The notes below the pieces were generated by a model. It saw only the letters and a list, made by a program, of their open reading frames with translations, was not told where the DNA came from and ran no database searches. Of a stretch of 64,000 bases of DNA, positions 31,225-41,170 are shown piece after piece. Position 1 is the first letter of the stretch, and each line of letters begins with the position of its first letter. The DNA comes from Rhizonema sp. PD37 (GTDB lineage: Bacteria; Cyanobacteriota; Cyanobacteriia; Cyanobacteriales; Nostocaceae), in NCBI GenBank assembly GCA_029379215.1, contig JAQYWO010000014.1, forward strand, positions 416 to 64,415, read 5' to 3'. The position numbers were made by a program, and so were the translations under genes.

Positions 31225-32511
31225 TTAAATTTCATAGCCGACTGGCACTTGCATTGCCCGTGCTAACTCTGCTGCCACCTCCGGACGGGAAAATTCAGGT
31301 GGGGGTACCTGACCATTACGAAGCATTTCCCGCACTTTTGTTCCCGACAGGTGAATGCGCTCCTCTGGGATGCTGGGACTCGTTTTACTCGTTGCCATTT
31401 GCTGAGTCCGCAGACAGTAAAAGGCGTGTTCAAACATCATTGGCACAATGCCCAATTCTTCTGGCTGAAACTCATTAAATATATACTGAGCATCGTAAGT
31501 GCCATAGTAGCTACCGACCCCAGCATGATCTCTTCCCACAATAAAGTGAGTACAGCCGTAGTTTTTGCGAATGAGGGCATGGAAGATAGCTTCTCTCGGA
31601 CCAGCATAACGCATTGCTGACGGATTAATTGCTAAAATCACTCGGTCATTAGGGTAGTATTTTTCCATTAAGATTTCATAGCAGCGCATTCGGACATCGG
31701 CAGGAATATCATCGTCTTTCGTTGCGCCTACTAACGGATGTAAGAATAAACCATCCACAATTTCCATCGCGCACTTTTGAATATATTCATGAGCGCGGTG
31801 AATTGGGTTACGAGTTTGGAAGCCGACAATAGTTTTCCAGCCTTTTGCCTTAAAAAATTGCCGAGACTCAAAGGGATCGATTTGATATTTGGGAAACTGA
31901 GGATGGGGATCGCGTTGCAACAACCACACATCACCCGCAAGATAAATCGATCCCTGTTTATAAACGACCTGTACACCTGGATGCTTGGGATCGTTTGTAC
32001 AGTAAACATTAATGGCTTCTTGGGTCTTATCATAGCAGTACTTTTGAGTGAGTTGTAAAACCCCAATGAACTGACCGACTGGATTATCCAAGCGGATTAA
32101 ACTGCCTTCTGTCAAGGAATTTGCGACTTCCTCTGTTACTGGAAGTGTAATTGGAATTGACCATACAAGATTATTAACCAACCGCATTTCTGTCACAACG
32201 CGATTGTAGTCCTCTTGGTTCATAAAACCAGTAAGTGGACTAAAACCACCAATCGCAATCATTTCTAAATCAGAAACTGCCCGTTCATTAAGTTGCACTC
32301 GCGGCAAAAAGTCGGCTTTCGAGAGAAATTCTTGTCTTTGTTCTGGTGTAGCGATTCGATTAACTAACTGCCCACCGTGGGGTGTAATGCCATCTAGATG
32401 GTAACTCAAGGTAGTTCCTTCTTTACATTTACTGCATTTTCTTCTCTGTATATAATTTACCAAACCATCGGTACTGATAGAGCAAAGATTATAGTCACTT
32501 AATTGAGACAA
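31225..32511 (-). CDS. sat: sulfate adenylyltransferase (ATP sulfurylase)
   Basis: [28 protein letters not shown] motifs. The true start is probably internal (about 32400), as the first ~35 aa are atypical. Confidence 0.9.
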   Translation of the reverse strand: MSQLSDYNLCSISTDGLVNYIQRRKCSKCKEGTTLSYHLDGITPHGGQLVNRIATPEQRQEFLSKADFLPRVQLNERAVSDLEMIAIGGFSPLTGFMNQEDYNRVVTEMRLVNNLVWSIPITLPVTEEVANSLTEGSLIRLDNPVGQFIGVLQLTQKYCYDKTQEAINVYCTNDPKHPGVQVVYKQGSIYLAGDVWLLQRDPHPQFPKYQIDPFESRQFFKAKGWKTIVGFQTRNPIHRAHEYIQKCAMEIVDGLFLHPLVGATKDDDIPADVRMRCYEILMEKYYPNDRVILAINPSAMRYAGPREAIFHALIRKNYGCTHFIVGRDHAGVGSYYGTYDAQYIFNEFQPEELGIVPMMFEHAFYCLRTQQMATSKTSPSIPEERIHLSGTKVREMLRNGQVPPPEFSRPEVAAELARAMQVPVGYEI

Positions 32512-32595
32512 ATACTTCTAAAGCAACCAATGTCCTTGATTAGGTTGCTTGCATAAAGATTATTTTGTCTCAGGCAAAGACGCAAAAGAATTTTT

Positions 32596-32830
32596 GGCGT
32601 TGCTGAATCAGAGTATAAATTGACATTTTTCGATGTGACTTCATAACAATCCTGCGCGCGGCAGTTGCTACCCTTCGGGAAGCCGCTCTCCGGGCGTCTA
32701 CAAGCCGGGAAACCAAGAGCGCCAGCCGCCGTGAGTTCGGGCTAAGCCGTCATTCGCGTTACTAGAGCTAACGAACTGCCTTGCCTTGCCGAATGCATGA
32801 GGCGATTTCATACTTACTATCAGCAACGCC
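32596..32830. mobile_element. MITE, copy 2 (about 235 bp, same TIR family as 28153-28354, perfect 8-bp TSD GAATTTTT)
   Basis: Left end ggcgttgctgaatcagagtataaat. Right end atttcatacttactatcagcaacgcc. gaattttt occurs on both flanks. The ORF 32698-32883 lies inside it. Confidence 0.8.
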
Positions 32831-32927
32831 GAATTTTTACTTTCAAGAACACTTGTGTAAAATAAGTAATGCAACTTCTTCAAGGAATCCCTAAACGGTT
32901 GATAGGATGCTTGGCGCGGACGAGACT

Positions 32928-34322
32928 CTAAGAGCGTTCATACTCTTTAAGGCGTGGAAGCAATCCGAAGAGTGTTAAAACACAGATGAAGACAACGACA
33001 ATTGGGGTAGTTATTTCAAAACCGTTGACTTCTATGAATCCCTGTGCTATAGCTTTGTCGAAAGCTTTTTGGTTGAGGTTGAAGGTGTTTTGATTGGCTT
33101 GTTTGAATTCACTGAACGCCCAGTCAGACTGACCTAGATTATAACCTGTGGACAGAGCGATCGCCTCCTGATGTCTGCCACTTTGTTGTAGCTGGCGGAT
33201 TTGTTTGTCGATCATTAAATAGCGTGCGTAAGTAGACAGACTTTGCACCGCCGCTTCTCGCTCGCCTGGAAAGGTAATATTGTTGAGTTCAAGAGCCATG
33301 TAACCTGTCAATCCTTCTACTTTCAAGCCTTGTGCTGATGCAGCTGCAACTGTCTCAAAAGTCTGAGCGGCAGGAATGTTCACTATCTTAGCTGCTTTGT
33401 CTAAAAAAGCTTGCTGGTATTTGGTCGCATCTGCTGCATCAAGCAAATAGCGATTTTGATCGGCATTGATACCGTAGCCTAAAGCGCGGGCTTGCCGTAT
33501 TGCATGTAGCGACGTAAAGGCATCCTCTTTTGCCACTTTTAACTGGTACGAGGCCCAGAAAAAGGCATTAATTGTGTAGCCGAGAAAAATAATTGCGATC
33601 GCCGTCGCAGCCAAGAGCATCGGATTCAAAATTCGGCGCATCCGATGGTTGAGAAAGAGTTGCAGTCCTACCAGTACGCTAAGGAGCAGTAAACTGGATA
33701 TAATGACGAAAAACAAAGCTTGTGCGGTAGCGAACCGCTGCTGATTATAGGTGTGCTCAAGTTCAGTCGAGTTGACTGCATCTAATTTATCAGCTGCTGG
33801 CAGAAGCGTATTGTCCATGATTGCTGCCGCTTGTCTATAAGCCACCAACATTCCATTCGCATCACCACGTTCATTGAAGTCCCGCGCTTGTTGAATCTTC
33901 GCTATATATTCGCCTTGTGCAAGTTGCATCTTTTGGATGGGTTGAAGTTCTTCGCTGTAGGTAATGTTTTTGGCAGCAGCAATGATCCGTTCGGCAAATA
34001 CCTCGCGGCGTTCCTCATAATCCTGGATGGCTCTCGGATTTTGTCCTGGCTTGACAAGTAATTCGTTAACAGCGTTGGCATCCATACCTGCTAAACTATC
34101 CTTGAGCCGCTGAGCGAGAATAATGCTTGGTACTGAATCTTCACCAACTGTTTTAATCGCGTAGCGTTGCTTTTGCACTCCTGAAATAGTCGCGATCAAC
34201 AGCAGCACACTAGCACCCCAAGTCACGCACATTCCTGTCCGTAATACTCTAGGAGTTGTCAGTCTTTGTTTGTTCGGTAGTTCCGAGCGTTTTGCTTGAG
34301 GAGATGTTTTTGTAGTTGTCAT
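32928..34322 (-). CDS. hypothetical membrane protein with four predicted TM segments and two helical extracytoplasmic regions
   Basis: Hydrophobic segments (GASVLLLIATISG; FFVIISSLLLLSVLVGL; MLLAATAIAIIFLGY; PIVVVFICVLTLFGLL). Start taken at MTTTKTSP, directly after the FHA gene stop. Last gene of the kinase/phosphatase module. Confidence 0.6.
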   Translation of the reverse strand: MTTTKTSPQAKRSELPNKQRLTTPRVLRTGMCVTWGASVLLLIATISGVQKQRYAIKTVGEDSVPSIILAQRLKDSLAGMDANAVNELLVKPGQNPRAIQDYEERREVFAERIIAAAKNITYSEELQPIQKMQLAQGEYIAKIQQARDFNERGDANGMLVAYRQAAAIMDNTLLPAADKLDAVNSTELEHTYNQQRFATAQALFFVIISSLLLLSVLVGLQLFLNHRMRRILNPMLLAATAIAIIFLGYTINAFFWASYQLKVAKEDAFTSLHAIRQARALGYGINADQNRYLLDAADATKYQQAFLDKAAKIVNIPAAQTFETVAAASAQGLKVEGLTGYMALELNNITFPGEREAAVQSLSTYARYLMIDKQIRQLQQSGRHQEAIALSTGYNLGQSDWAFSEFKQANQNTFNLNQKAFDKAIAQGFIEVNGFEITTPIVVVFICVLTLFGLLPRLKEYERS

Positions 34323-34324
34323 AA

Positions 34325-35110
34325 TTAACAGAGGCTCCTTGTTACCTTGATCCGTGTCCAATGTCCAAGGGTAAACTCATCACCGTCTTTAATTGGTACA
34401 TCAACCATTGGACTCAGTTCAACTCCATTTAATTTAGTGCCGTTAGTAGAACCAATGTCGCGGAGAACAAAACTTCCGTTTGGAAGCCGATTTAGTAGGG
34501 CATGACGCTGAGAAACAGCGCTGTCGAAATTAAGAGCAACTTCTGGGTAAACACCTTTTAGTTGACTGCTACGACCGATGAGATTGCTTTCTTGATCTAA
34601 CTTAAAGATAATAGGTTGTTGAAGAAGTGGTTCTGGACTTTCTGGACGACGCAAGGATGGATCAATGGTGACGATGAGTTCCAAAGACACAGACGCAGAG
34701 AGGGGGAGATGTGGTACTCCAGCAATTTCTTGATTCCTTATATCTTTGTTTCCCTGCGTCTTTGCGTCCTCTTTTACAAGTGGCGATATTGGTATTTCGC
34801 CATGTGCGCTCGTACCGAAGTTGTAGCCACAAATTTCGCAGAAGTCACCGTTAAAAATGTTGTGTGGTGCTGTACAATCAGGACAAATCACAATGGTTTG
34901 TGAAAATACCTCGAATAAGTCAGCACCTTGTTCTGCTTCGCTGACTTGAAGTAACTGGTTTCGGGTTTCTACAGGCGTATTCCTAGTTAATCCGATTTCT
35001 GGAACACCCTGAATTTTAGTACCACATTCCGAACAATAGTCTGGTTCGGTTGAGGCGTGACTTTTAGGACATTGATAGATGGACATTTCTAATTGAGTTT
35101 CTTTAAACAT
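34325..35110 (-). CDS. FHA-domain protein with two N-terminal zinc ribbons
   Basis: CPKSH..YCSECG and CPDCT...FCEICG. C-terminal FHA (IGRS...VSQRHALL...LRDIGSTNGTKLNG). Start moved to MFKETQ. Confidence 0.8.
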   Translation of the reverse strand: MFKETQLEMSIYQCPKSHASTEPDYCSECGTKIQGVPEIGLTRNTPVETRNQLLQVSEAEQGADLFEVFSQTIVICPDCTAPHNIFNGDFCEICGYNFGTSAHGEIPISPLVKEDAKTQGNKDIRNQEIAGVPHLPLSASVSLELIVTIDPSLRRPESPEPLLQQPIIFKLDQESNLIGRSSQLKGVYPEVALNFDSAVSQRHALLNRLPNGSFVLRDIGSTNGTKLNGVELSPMVDVPIKDGDEFTLGHWTRIKVTRSLC

Positions 35111-35337
35111 GGGGGTGTAAACCAACGTGGAGACTGGAGACACACTCCTCACTGGATGAATCTTCCAATCTTAAGCAGCCAACGTCAAAAAAATCGTGGC
35201 TATGATTAGAGCTTCACTACGGCTCGACTGATTTCGGTGATTTTACTAAAACCAAGTTACGTTCAAGTAGAGTTGGATTGTCGAACTGTATTCTTAAGTA
35301 TTTAGACTGCTTTTTTTATTTATTAAAGTAACTAATA

Positions 35338-36624
35338 TTACTTATTGTCTGAGTTAGGAATACGAGTTGTCTTTGTTGAACGCGTCTCTAATGCCATCGC
35401 GTCAACTTTTGCAACATCTCGCTTTATTCGCACTGTACCACTTGCCGCATCTTCGATTTCAACCACTTTCCGCAATAACTTAGCGGTGGCTTCGTTGCCA
35501 GATTCGTGAGCAAGTTGAACTGCCTTTCCCAGTTTGGCAGTGGCAACTTCGATATAACCGCGATCGCGTGCCTCCAACCCTTCCTGAATCGACTGAGCGA
35601 GTTCCGCTTGTCCGGTATAATGAGCTACTGTTCTCTCTATTTTTGTTGATTTGGCATCGTCGTCAGTCCAAATAGCTAAAATGCGAGCTTCAGCGACTTT
35701 TGTTTCCACACCGTTTATTGTATAAATTAAACTCGCTCTACCCGCCAACATCTCATCGCCGATATTACCGGGCTGTACTTGAATGCAGAAGTGGTAGTCG
35801 CGAGACTCGTTTTTACCCCAAGCACCAGTCGGATAGTCGTAAACTTGGGTTTTGACAACTTTGGCGCGGTTGCTTATATCTACAAGATCGGGACTAACCT
35901 GCTTGCAATACAGTACTTGGGCACTTTGTGGAGTCCACAGGCGCAACGCTACATCGCTGACATTTTTGCTCATGGCTTTCTCTAAAATGGCTCGAAAGTC
36001 AGCTTCAATCATTGTCGCATTGGAAATAATGTCGGTAGTTCCCAGTAATTTTGCGGATATTATTTGTAGTTGTTTCACCTGCCAATCAGTTCCCACACCC
36101 CGGCAGTCACACTGGAAAACTCCTTCACATCCTTGTAGAACGTCGTTGAGTTGCTTTTCATCAGAGTCATCATTTTCTCCATCTGTCAACAACAATGCCT
36201 GACGCAACGCATTCGGCATTGTCTGGAACTGTTTTAGGGCTTCAAATAACCACTTAGAAATCACAGTGCCACCAGTAGCTGAAATTTTTCTGATGGCGGC
36301 GATCGCTTGCTCTTTGTTTACAGGAGTCGCTTTTGACACTGGATAAATAAGTTGGGCAAGACTAGCTCCAGTAACGATGAAGAAAGATGTGTCCTCAGGC
36401 AGCAAATTCACGATTTTAACCATCGCATCCCTCGCTGCATGAATTTTTCCACCCCCCATCGAACCAGAGGTATCGCATATTATCCCAAACATTTTGTTAC
36501 CCATAGAAGTGGCATTCACTCCTTCGCCACCAATAGCCGTAACTGTCATAATGGCATGGACTTCTTTTATCCCCTGTGATAAATATTGATTTTGAAAAAC
36601 TTCCGCTTTGAATTGGGTTGTCAT
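35338..36624 (-). CDS. vWA-domain protein (TerY-like)
   Basis: MIDAS motif ICDTSGSMGG ... LLTDGEND. Helical C-terminal extension. Confidence 0.8.
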   Translation of the reverse strand: MTTQFKAEVFQNQYLSQGIKEVHAIMTVTAIGGEGVNATSMGNKMFGIICDTSGSMGGGKIHAARDAMVKIVNLLPEDTSFFIVTGASLAQLIYPVSKATPVNKEQAIAAIRKISATGGTVISKWLFEALKQFQTMPNALRQALLLTDGENDDSDEKQLNDVLQGCEGVFQCDCRGVGTDWQVKQLQIISAKLLGTTDIISNATMIEADFRAILEKAMSKNVSDVALRLWTPQSAQVLYCKQVSPDLVDISNRAKVVKTQVYDYPTGAWGKNESRDYHFCIQVQPGNIGDEMLAGRASLIYTINGVETKVAEARILAIWTDDDAKSTKIERTVAHYTGQAELAQSIQEGLEARDRGYIEVATAKLGKAVQLAHESGNEATAKLLRKVVEIEDAASGTVRIKRDVAKVDAMALETRSTKTTRIPNSDNK

Positions 36625-36662
36625 AAGATTTTCTTTATATATTCACGCGAAGGAGATTGGCC

Positions 36663-37604
36663 TTATTTTATAGATAAGACAGCGACAGTAATATTGTCGT
36701 GACCACCAGAGTGTAGAGCAAATTCCACTAACCTCCGTGCTATTGTAGCCGTATCTGCATCTGACTTGACAAGAGTTTCAATTTGTGTAGTACCATCAGT
36801 GTAATTCCACAATCCATCGGTACATAGCAGTAGATAGCCAGAACCAGGAATATTAAAATTGACTATAGACGGTTCCACGTTGCTCGCATCCACTCCCAAC
36901 CAACGGGTAATTGCATGAGCCTGAGGTGATTTTATAGCTTCGGCTTCGTTCATTTCACCTGAGGAAACAGCTTCTTGCACCCAAGAATCATCGCGAGTTA
37001 ATTGCCGTGAACCATTTGGAGAAATCCAGTAGGCGCGGCTATCTCCCAGCCAAGCAATGGTAGCAGTACGCTCAACAACTAGAGCTGCAACAATTGTGGT
37101 TGATGGTGGATCTGCGCCTGCAATTCTCGTATATGGGATAGCACATACTGAGTTCATCGCCTCAGTAATTGCTGCATTCATTGTATCAGGAAAAACAATA
37201 TTTTGTAACTCTACCGCAGCAGCTAGCATTCTACATGTGCTTTCAGCAGCTGCTTTCGCGGCTAATTCAGGTGATTCTGAACTCGATACACCATCGCAAA
37301 CAACGAGAATGTAAGCATTTCTATGATCAACTCGGGCACAAGCAACATAGTCTTCGTTACGGTGGTGCCTGAAGCCGCGATCGCTTATACCAGCAAGGTT
37401 GTGAAAAGGTATAATTTCTAACCTATCATTCTCTCTATTTTCCCGACGAAAGCCACAGTGAGAACAAAAGCCATCAGCATTGATGAGTTGCGTTGGGGCA
37501 CCACACTTTTCACATCCAATTGATTTTGTGATTAGAGGTGTGCCGCATTCTTCACAGAAGCGATCGTCAACTTGTACGGTAGTACCACATTTTAAACATT
37601 GCAT
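36663..37604 (-). CDS. PP2C-family Ser/Thr phosphatase with two N-terminal zinc ribbons
   Basis: CLKCG...FCEECG and CEKCG...FCSHCG. PP2C blocks RHHRNEDY, VCDGVSS, LCTDGLWN, GGHDNITV. Confidence 0.88.
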   Translation of the reverse strand: MQCLKCGTTVQVDDRFCEECGTPLITKSIGCEKCGAPTQLINADGFCSHCGFRRENRENDRLEIIPFHNLAGISDRGFRHHRNEDYVACARVDHRNAYILVVCDGVSSSESPELAAKAAAESTCRMLAAAVELQNIVFPDTMNAAITEAMNSVCAIPYTRIAGADPPSTTIVAALVVERTATIAWLGDSRAYWISPNGSRQLTRDDSWVQEAVSSGEMNEAEAIKSPQAHAITRWLGVDASNVEPSIVNFNIPGSGYLLLCTDGLWNYTDGTTQIETLVKSDADTATIARRLVEFALHSGGHDNITVAVLSIK

Positions 37605-37911
37605 GGTGGTGTAAAGCGATAATCAATTGTCAGAAAAGGCTTTAACTTTGTACTCCAAATCTAAGTAACTATTTTCCAAATTTAGCTAACAATTCTTCAC
37701 ATAATAAAGGGTGTAAGGGAAACGTAAGCGTGCTTTTGAGAAGGCGAGTTTCCTACCATAGGCTGCTAGTGCTACGAACGTAGCGTCACCCGTTAGCGAT
37801 AGCGTCAGCGTTAGCGACGGAGGAGCGTCGGAACGAGCGTCAGGGCAAAAATGAATATTTTGCTATCCTATAATTAATATAGATTCTTTTAAAAAATTAC
37901 TAAATTCCAGC

Positions 37912-38526
37912 ATGCCATACAGTGCTTTTACTTTCAACAAAGTTAAAAAAGACTTTAATCTCACAGTTATTGAAAATCAAGATTTGTTCTCAGATGTGCA
38001 GGCAGTTGCTTCTACGGAATACCTCACGATGATTCTCAAAGAACATTTACCTTTAGTAACCGCAATTAATACAGAAAAGGCACGCTCAGAACTCATTCTT
38101 ATGCCAGTTGTTATCGAAGTCAGACGGTATTTTAATTACCAAATTAGTGTTTTTTCAGGTTCAGAGTTTAATGTGGATGCTTCCAAGGGTTTAGAGGGAC
38201 GTTGTGATTTCATTTTGAGTCGCTCGCCAGAACAATATGATATTACTAGTCCTGTTATGACCATCGTGGAAGCCAAGAATGAAAGTATTAAATCTGGCTT
38301 GGGGCAGTGCATTGCAACTATGATTGCTGCTCAGTTATTTAACCAACGACAGGAAATATTTCCAGAATATATTTATGGTACTGTGACAACTGGAACTGAC
38401 TGGAAATTCCTAAAACTCTGCGGTCGCACTATCTTCATTGATAAAAATGATTATTTCATTAAGGAAGTAGAAAAAATTTTAGGAATCTTGGCGACAACAT
38501 TAACACTAACGCCTGAGATTTTATAA
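37912..38526 (+). CDS. hypothetical protein with a PD-(D/E)xK-like motif
   Basis: GRCDFIL ... IVEAKNE spacing fits a restriction-endonuclease-fold core. No further assignment. Confidence 0.45.
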   Translation: MPYSAFTFNKVKKDFNLTVIENQDLFSDVQAVASTEYLTMILKEHLPLVTAINTEKARSELILMPVVIEVRRYFNYQISVFSGSEFNVDASKGLEGRCDFILSRSPEQYDITSPVMTIVEAKNESIKSGLGQCIATMIAAQLFNQRQEIFPEYIYGTVTTGTDWKFLKLCGRTIFIDKNDYFIKEVEKILGILATTLTLTPEIL

Positions 38527-38587
38527 CAAACCCAACACAAAGCATGCTAGGCGTTCTAGGATATTAACAAAATAGCACTTAATTATC

Positions 38588-39172
38588 ATGATTGCTAACG
38601 CCAACCTACCGCCCATGTCTCCCCAGGAATATCTGGAATGGGAAGAACACCAACCGATTAAATACGAATACGTTAATGGCGAAGTATTTGCCATGACGGG
38701 GGGAACTCTCGCTCACAACTCCATTGCCCTCAATTTAGCATCTGCTCTCAAAAATCATCTCCGAGGTAAAGGCTGTAAAGTATTCATGGCAGATGCCAAA
38801 CTTGGCGTATCAGAACAAGGTCCCTATAACTATCCTGATGTAATGGTGACTTGCGACCAACGCGACCAAACCGCCCGCAAAACAGTACAATATCCTTGTC
38901 TAATTGCCGAAGTTCTTTCCCCTAGTACTGAAGCTTACGACCGTGGTAGCAAATTTGTCCACTACCGCCGCCTCAAAACCTTGAAAGAATACGTCCTCAT
39001 TGATGCGGAAAAACTCAGTGTCGAATGCTACAGAATCAACGAGCGCGGTAAATGGGAACTAACTCACTACTTGACTGAGGAAATAAATCCAGAAGCAACA
39101 GAAACAGAAGTTCATCTGACTAGTGTAGATTTTCGCTTTCCAATATCTTTACTCTACGAAGATGTAGTATAA
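38588..39172 (+). CDS. Uma2-family (DUF820) endonuclease
   Basis: YEYVNGEVFAM..H..I...L; PDVMVTCD; AEVLSPSTEAYDRGSKF..Y..L..L.EYVLID. Confidence 0.85.
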   Translation: MIANANLPPMSPQEYLEWEEHQPIKYEYVNGEVFAMTGGTLAHNSIALNLASALKNHLRGKGCKVFMADAKLGVSEQGPYNYPDVMVTCDQRDQTARKTVQYPCLIAEVLSPSTEAYDRGSKFVHYRRLKTLKEYVLIDAEKLSVECYRINERGKWELTHYLTEEINPEATETEVHLTSVDFRFPISLLYEDVV

Positions 39173-39196
39173 TAATATTTTTTCGGAGAATAGCTG

Positions 39197-39898
39197 TTGA
39201 GCAACCTATATCAAGGTAAAGACCCCCGCAACATTGGGACTTATAGTGCAATGGATGCGGTACACTATTTGCGTGTACCGTACTCGACGGTACGTTCTTG
39301 GGTCTTTGGCGCTCGATATAAAACGAAAGCAGGTTCAAAACGCTTCGAGCCAGTTATCAAAATTCCAAAGTCTGATAAGCGATTATTATCTTTTACTAAT
39401 TTGATTGAGCTGCACGTCCTGAATGCGATTCGTCGGTATCATCAAATATCTTTGGAAAAAGTAAGACTTGGCGTTGCATATCTTCAAGACTCTTATGGGA
39501 TGGATCATCCACTTGCTTATAAAAAGCTTTATACAGATGGGATGGATTTATTCATTGAGCATTTAGGGTGTTTAGTGAATGCTTCACAGCATGGACAGTT
39601 AGCGATACCAGAAATTATTAAAGTTTATCTGAAGCGAATTGATTGGGATGAGGCAGATTTGCCAGCAAAGCTTTATCCATTCACTCGAACAAGAGAAACT
39701 GAATTGCCAAAGTTGATTGTGATAGATCCGTTAGTATCTTTTGGGCAACCTGTTTTAGAGGGAACAGGAGTGCCAACAAGTATTTTGGCTCAAAGGTATG
39801 CTGCAGGAGACTCAATTCATGACTTAGCAGAAGATTATGATTGCGATCGCCTCAAAGTAGAAGAAGCTATCCGGTATGAACTAGCATTGGCAGCATGA
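39197..39898 (+). CDS. DUF433-type antitoxin-like protein with an N-terminal HTH
   Basis: C-terminal FGQPVLEGTGVPTSILAQRYAAGDSIHDLAEDYDCDRLKVEEAIRYE (DUF433 pattern). 4-nt overlap with the next ORF. Confidence 0.7.
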   Translation: MSNLYQGKDPRNIGTYSAMDAVHYLRVPYSTVRSWVFGARYKTKAGSKRFEPVIKIPKSDKRLLSFTNLIELHVLNAIRRYHQISLEKVRLGVAYLQDSYGMDHPLAYKKLYTDGMDLFIEHLGCLVNASQHGQLAIPEIIKVYLKRIDWDEADLPAKLYPFTRTRETELPKLIVIDPLVSFGQPVLEGTGVPTSILAQRYAAGDSIHDLAEDYDCDRLKVEEAIRYELALAA

Positions 39899-40290
39899 GT
39901 GAAGAGATTGAAATTAGGTTTTTTATTGACCGCTCTTTAGGAAAAACTCATGTTGTAAATGCTCTTAGGAATATAGGAGAATTAGTAGAAATTCACGACG
40001 ACCATTTTAATCAAGCAACGGCTGATACGGATTGGTTGCCAATAGTAGCGTTAAAGGGTTGGGTGATTCTGACTGCTGATAAAAAAATTGCTCATCGTCG
40101 TTTAGAACTTATGGCTGTTCAAGAGTCAGGTGCGCGTATGTTTGTGTTGGTGTCGGGAAACTTGTCTGGAATCGAGATGGCAGAAATATTTGTTCAAGCA
40201 GTACCCGCAATGAAGCGCTTCATTGCAAACACTCCAGCACCTTTTATGGCTAAGGTACACAAGAATGCTAGTGTGAAGGCATGGAAGTAA
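39895..40290 (+). CDS. DUF5615-type (PIN/Mut7-C-like) toxin-like protein
   Basis: IRFFIDRSLG...L...G ... VILTADKKI pattern. Coupled to the DUF433 gene. Confidence 0.65.
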   Translation: MSEEIEIRFFIDRSLGKTHVVNALRNIGELVEIHDDHFNQATADTDWLPIVALKGWVILTADKKIAHRRLELMAVQESGARMFVLVSGNLSGIEMAEIFVQAVPAMKRFIANTPAPFMAKVHKNASVKAWK

Positions 40291-40337
40291 GAAGCCATGA
40301 CTCCCCTATCCTTACTCTAAGAAGATGTTCAATTTGC

Positions 40338-40484
40338 TACTTCAGACGATAATATTTCACCGTGTTACTCAGGTTTTGTGATTTTATTCTCTGTCTCTCA
40401 GGGTTGATAGATAATCTGACCTCTACCCATGCGATCGCTCTTAAATCACGAGAAGCCGATAGCGAAATAATATACTGACTCATT
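40338..40484 (-). pseudogene. ParE-family toxin remnant (48 codons)
   Basis: My translation: MSQYIISLSASRDLRAIAW... (ParE N-terminal pattern y.ls..A..DL..I), then unrelated sequence and an early stop. ATGA overlap with the parD remnant. Confidence 0.5.
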
Positions 40485-40650
40485 TCTGAGACTTTTTAAC
40501 CTGCTGTAAATCTACCAAAAGTTGATTCACGAAAGTTTCACCATCAATTCCTTCGCCACGCTCAAGTGATACTATCCCTTCATCAATCTTGGCGCGAGTT
40601 TCGTCAACCCATACTTGACTCTTTTCTGTTTCCAACGCCACTTTTCTAAG
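40481..40650 (-). pseudogene. ParD-family antitoxin remnant (C-terminal half only)
   Basis: My translation: ...ALETEKSQVWVDETRAKIDEGIVSLERGEGIDGETFVNQLLVDLQQVKKSQK*. An upstream in-frame TAG removes the RHH N-terminus. The truncation point abuts the 19-bp repeat at 40665. Confidence 0.55.
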
Positions 40651-40664
40651 CTATGACTGAGTAT

Positions 40665-40683
40665 AACGTGCAAATCGTTTCCA
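40665..40683 (+). repeat. 19-bp direct repeat, copy 1 (AACGTGCAAATCGTTTCCA)
   Basis: Identical to 44190-44208. The flanks are unrelated. Confidence 0.9.
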
Positions 40684-40719
40684 GCTCACAGAAATTGATT
40701 TCTAAATAGGAGCAAGAGC

Positions 40720-41109
40720 ATGAGTAACTTTTACGAACTGATTCAGAAGATGAAGAAAAGAGCTTCCATGTATCTGGGTAAACCCGCAATCACTAACCTC
40801 CGTTCCTGTTTAGCTGGTTACATTCTTGCTCGTCTTGAACTAGGAATTTCTCAGACTGAACAAGAAAAGAACTTTACGGAATTCCAAGGATGGATTCAGA
40901 AAAAATTTAACATCACCTCCAGCCAATCCTGGGATAAAGTCATTCTCTTCTATTCAGAAGATGAACGCACGGAGCTAGAGCGTTTCTTTGAGTTATTTGA
41001 AGAGTTTGTAAGCCCTGATAACAAAACTAAGCTTAAATCACAAGATTCTCTATTAGAATCTTCGTCCGACTTTTTGCTGGGTAAACTCTTAAGTTCAACG
41101 AACTCTTAA
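40720..41109 (+). CDS. hypothetical protein (129 aa)
   Basis: GGAG 8 nt upstream of the ATG. No recognisable motif. Confidence 0.5.
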   Translation: MSNFYELIQKMKKRASMYLGKPAITNLRSCLAGYILARLELGISQTEQEKNFTEFQGWIQKKFNITSSQSWDKVILFYSEDERTELERFFELFEEFVSPDNKTKLKSQDSLLESSSDFLLGKLLSSTNS

Positions 41110-41170
41110 GAACTGCTCTGATAATTTTATTCAAAGCGCAAGTCTATTCTACAATTCACATTTATGACTT

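Noticed and set aside
31080-31478. 132-aa ORF with an internal duplicated peptide (ALALPVL.L.PP)
   Set aside because: It runs partly antisense to the sat 3' end and partly through intergenic repeats. The duplication reflects a DNA repeat (gcacttgcattgcccgtgcta occurs twice), not a protein feature.
32698-32883. 61-aa ORF
   Set aside because: It lies inside MITE copy 2.
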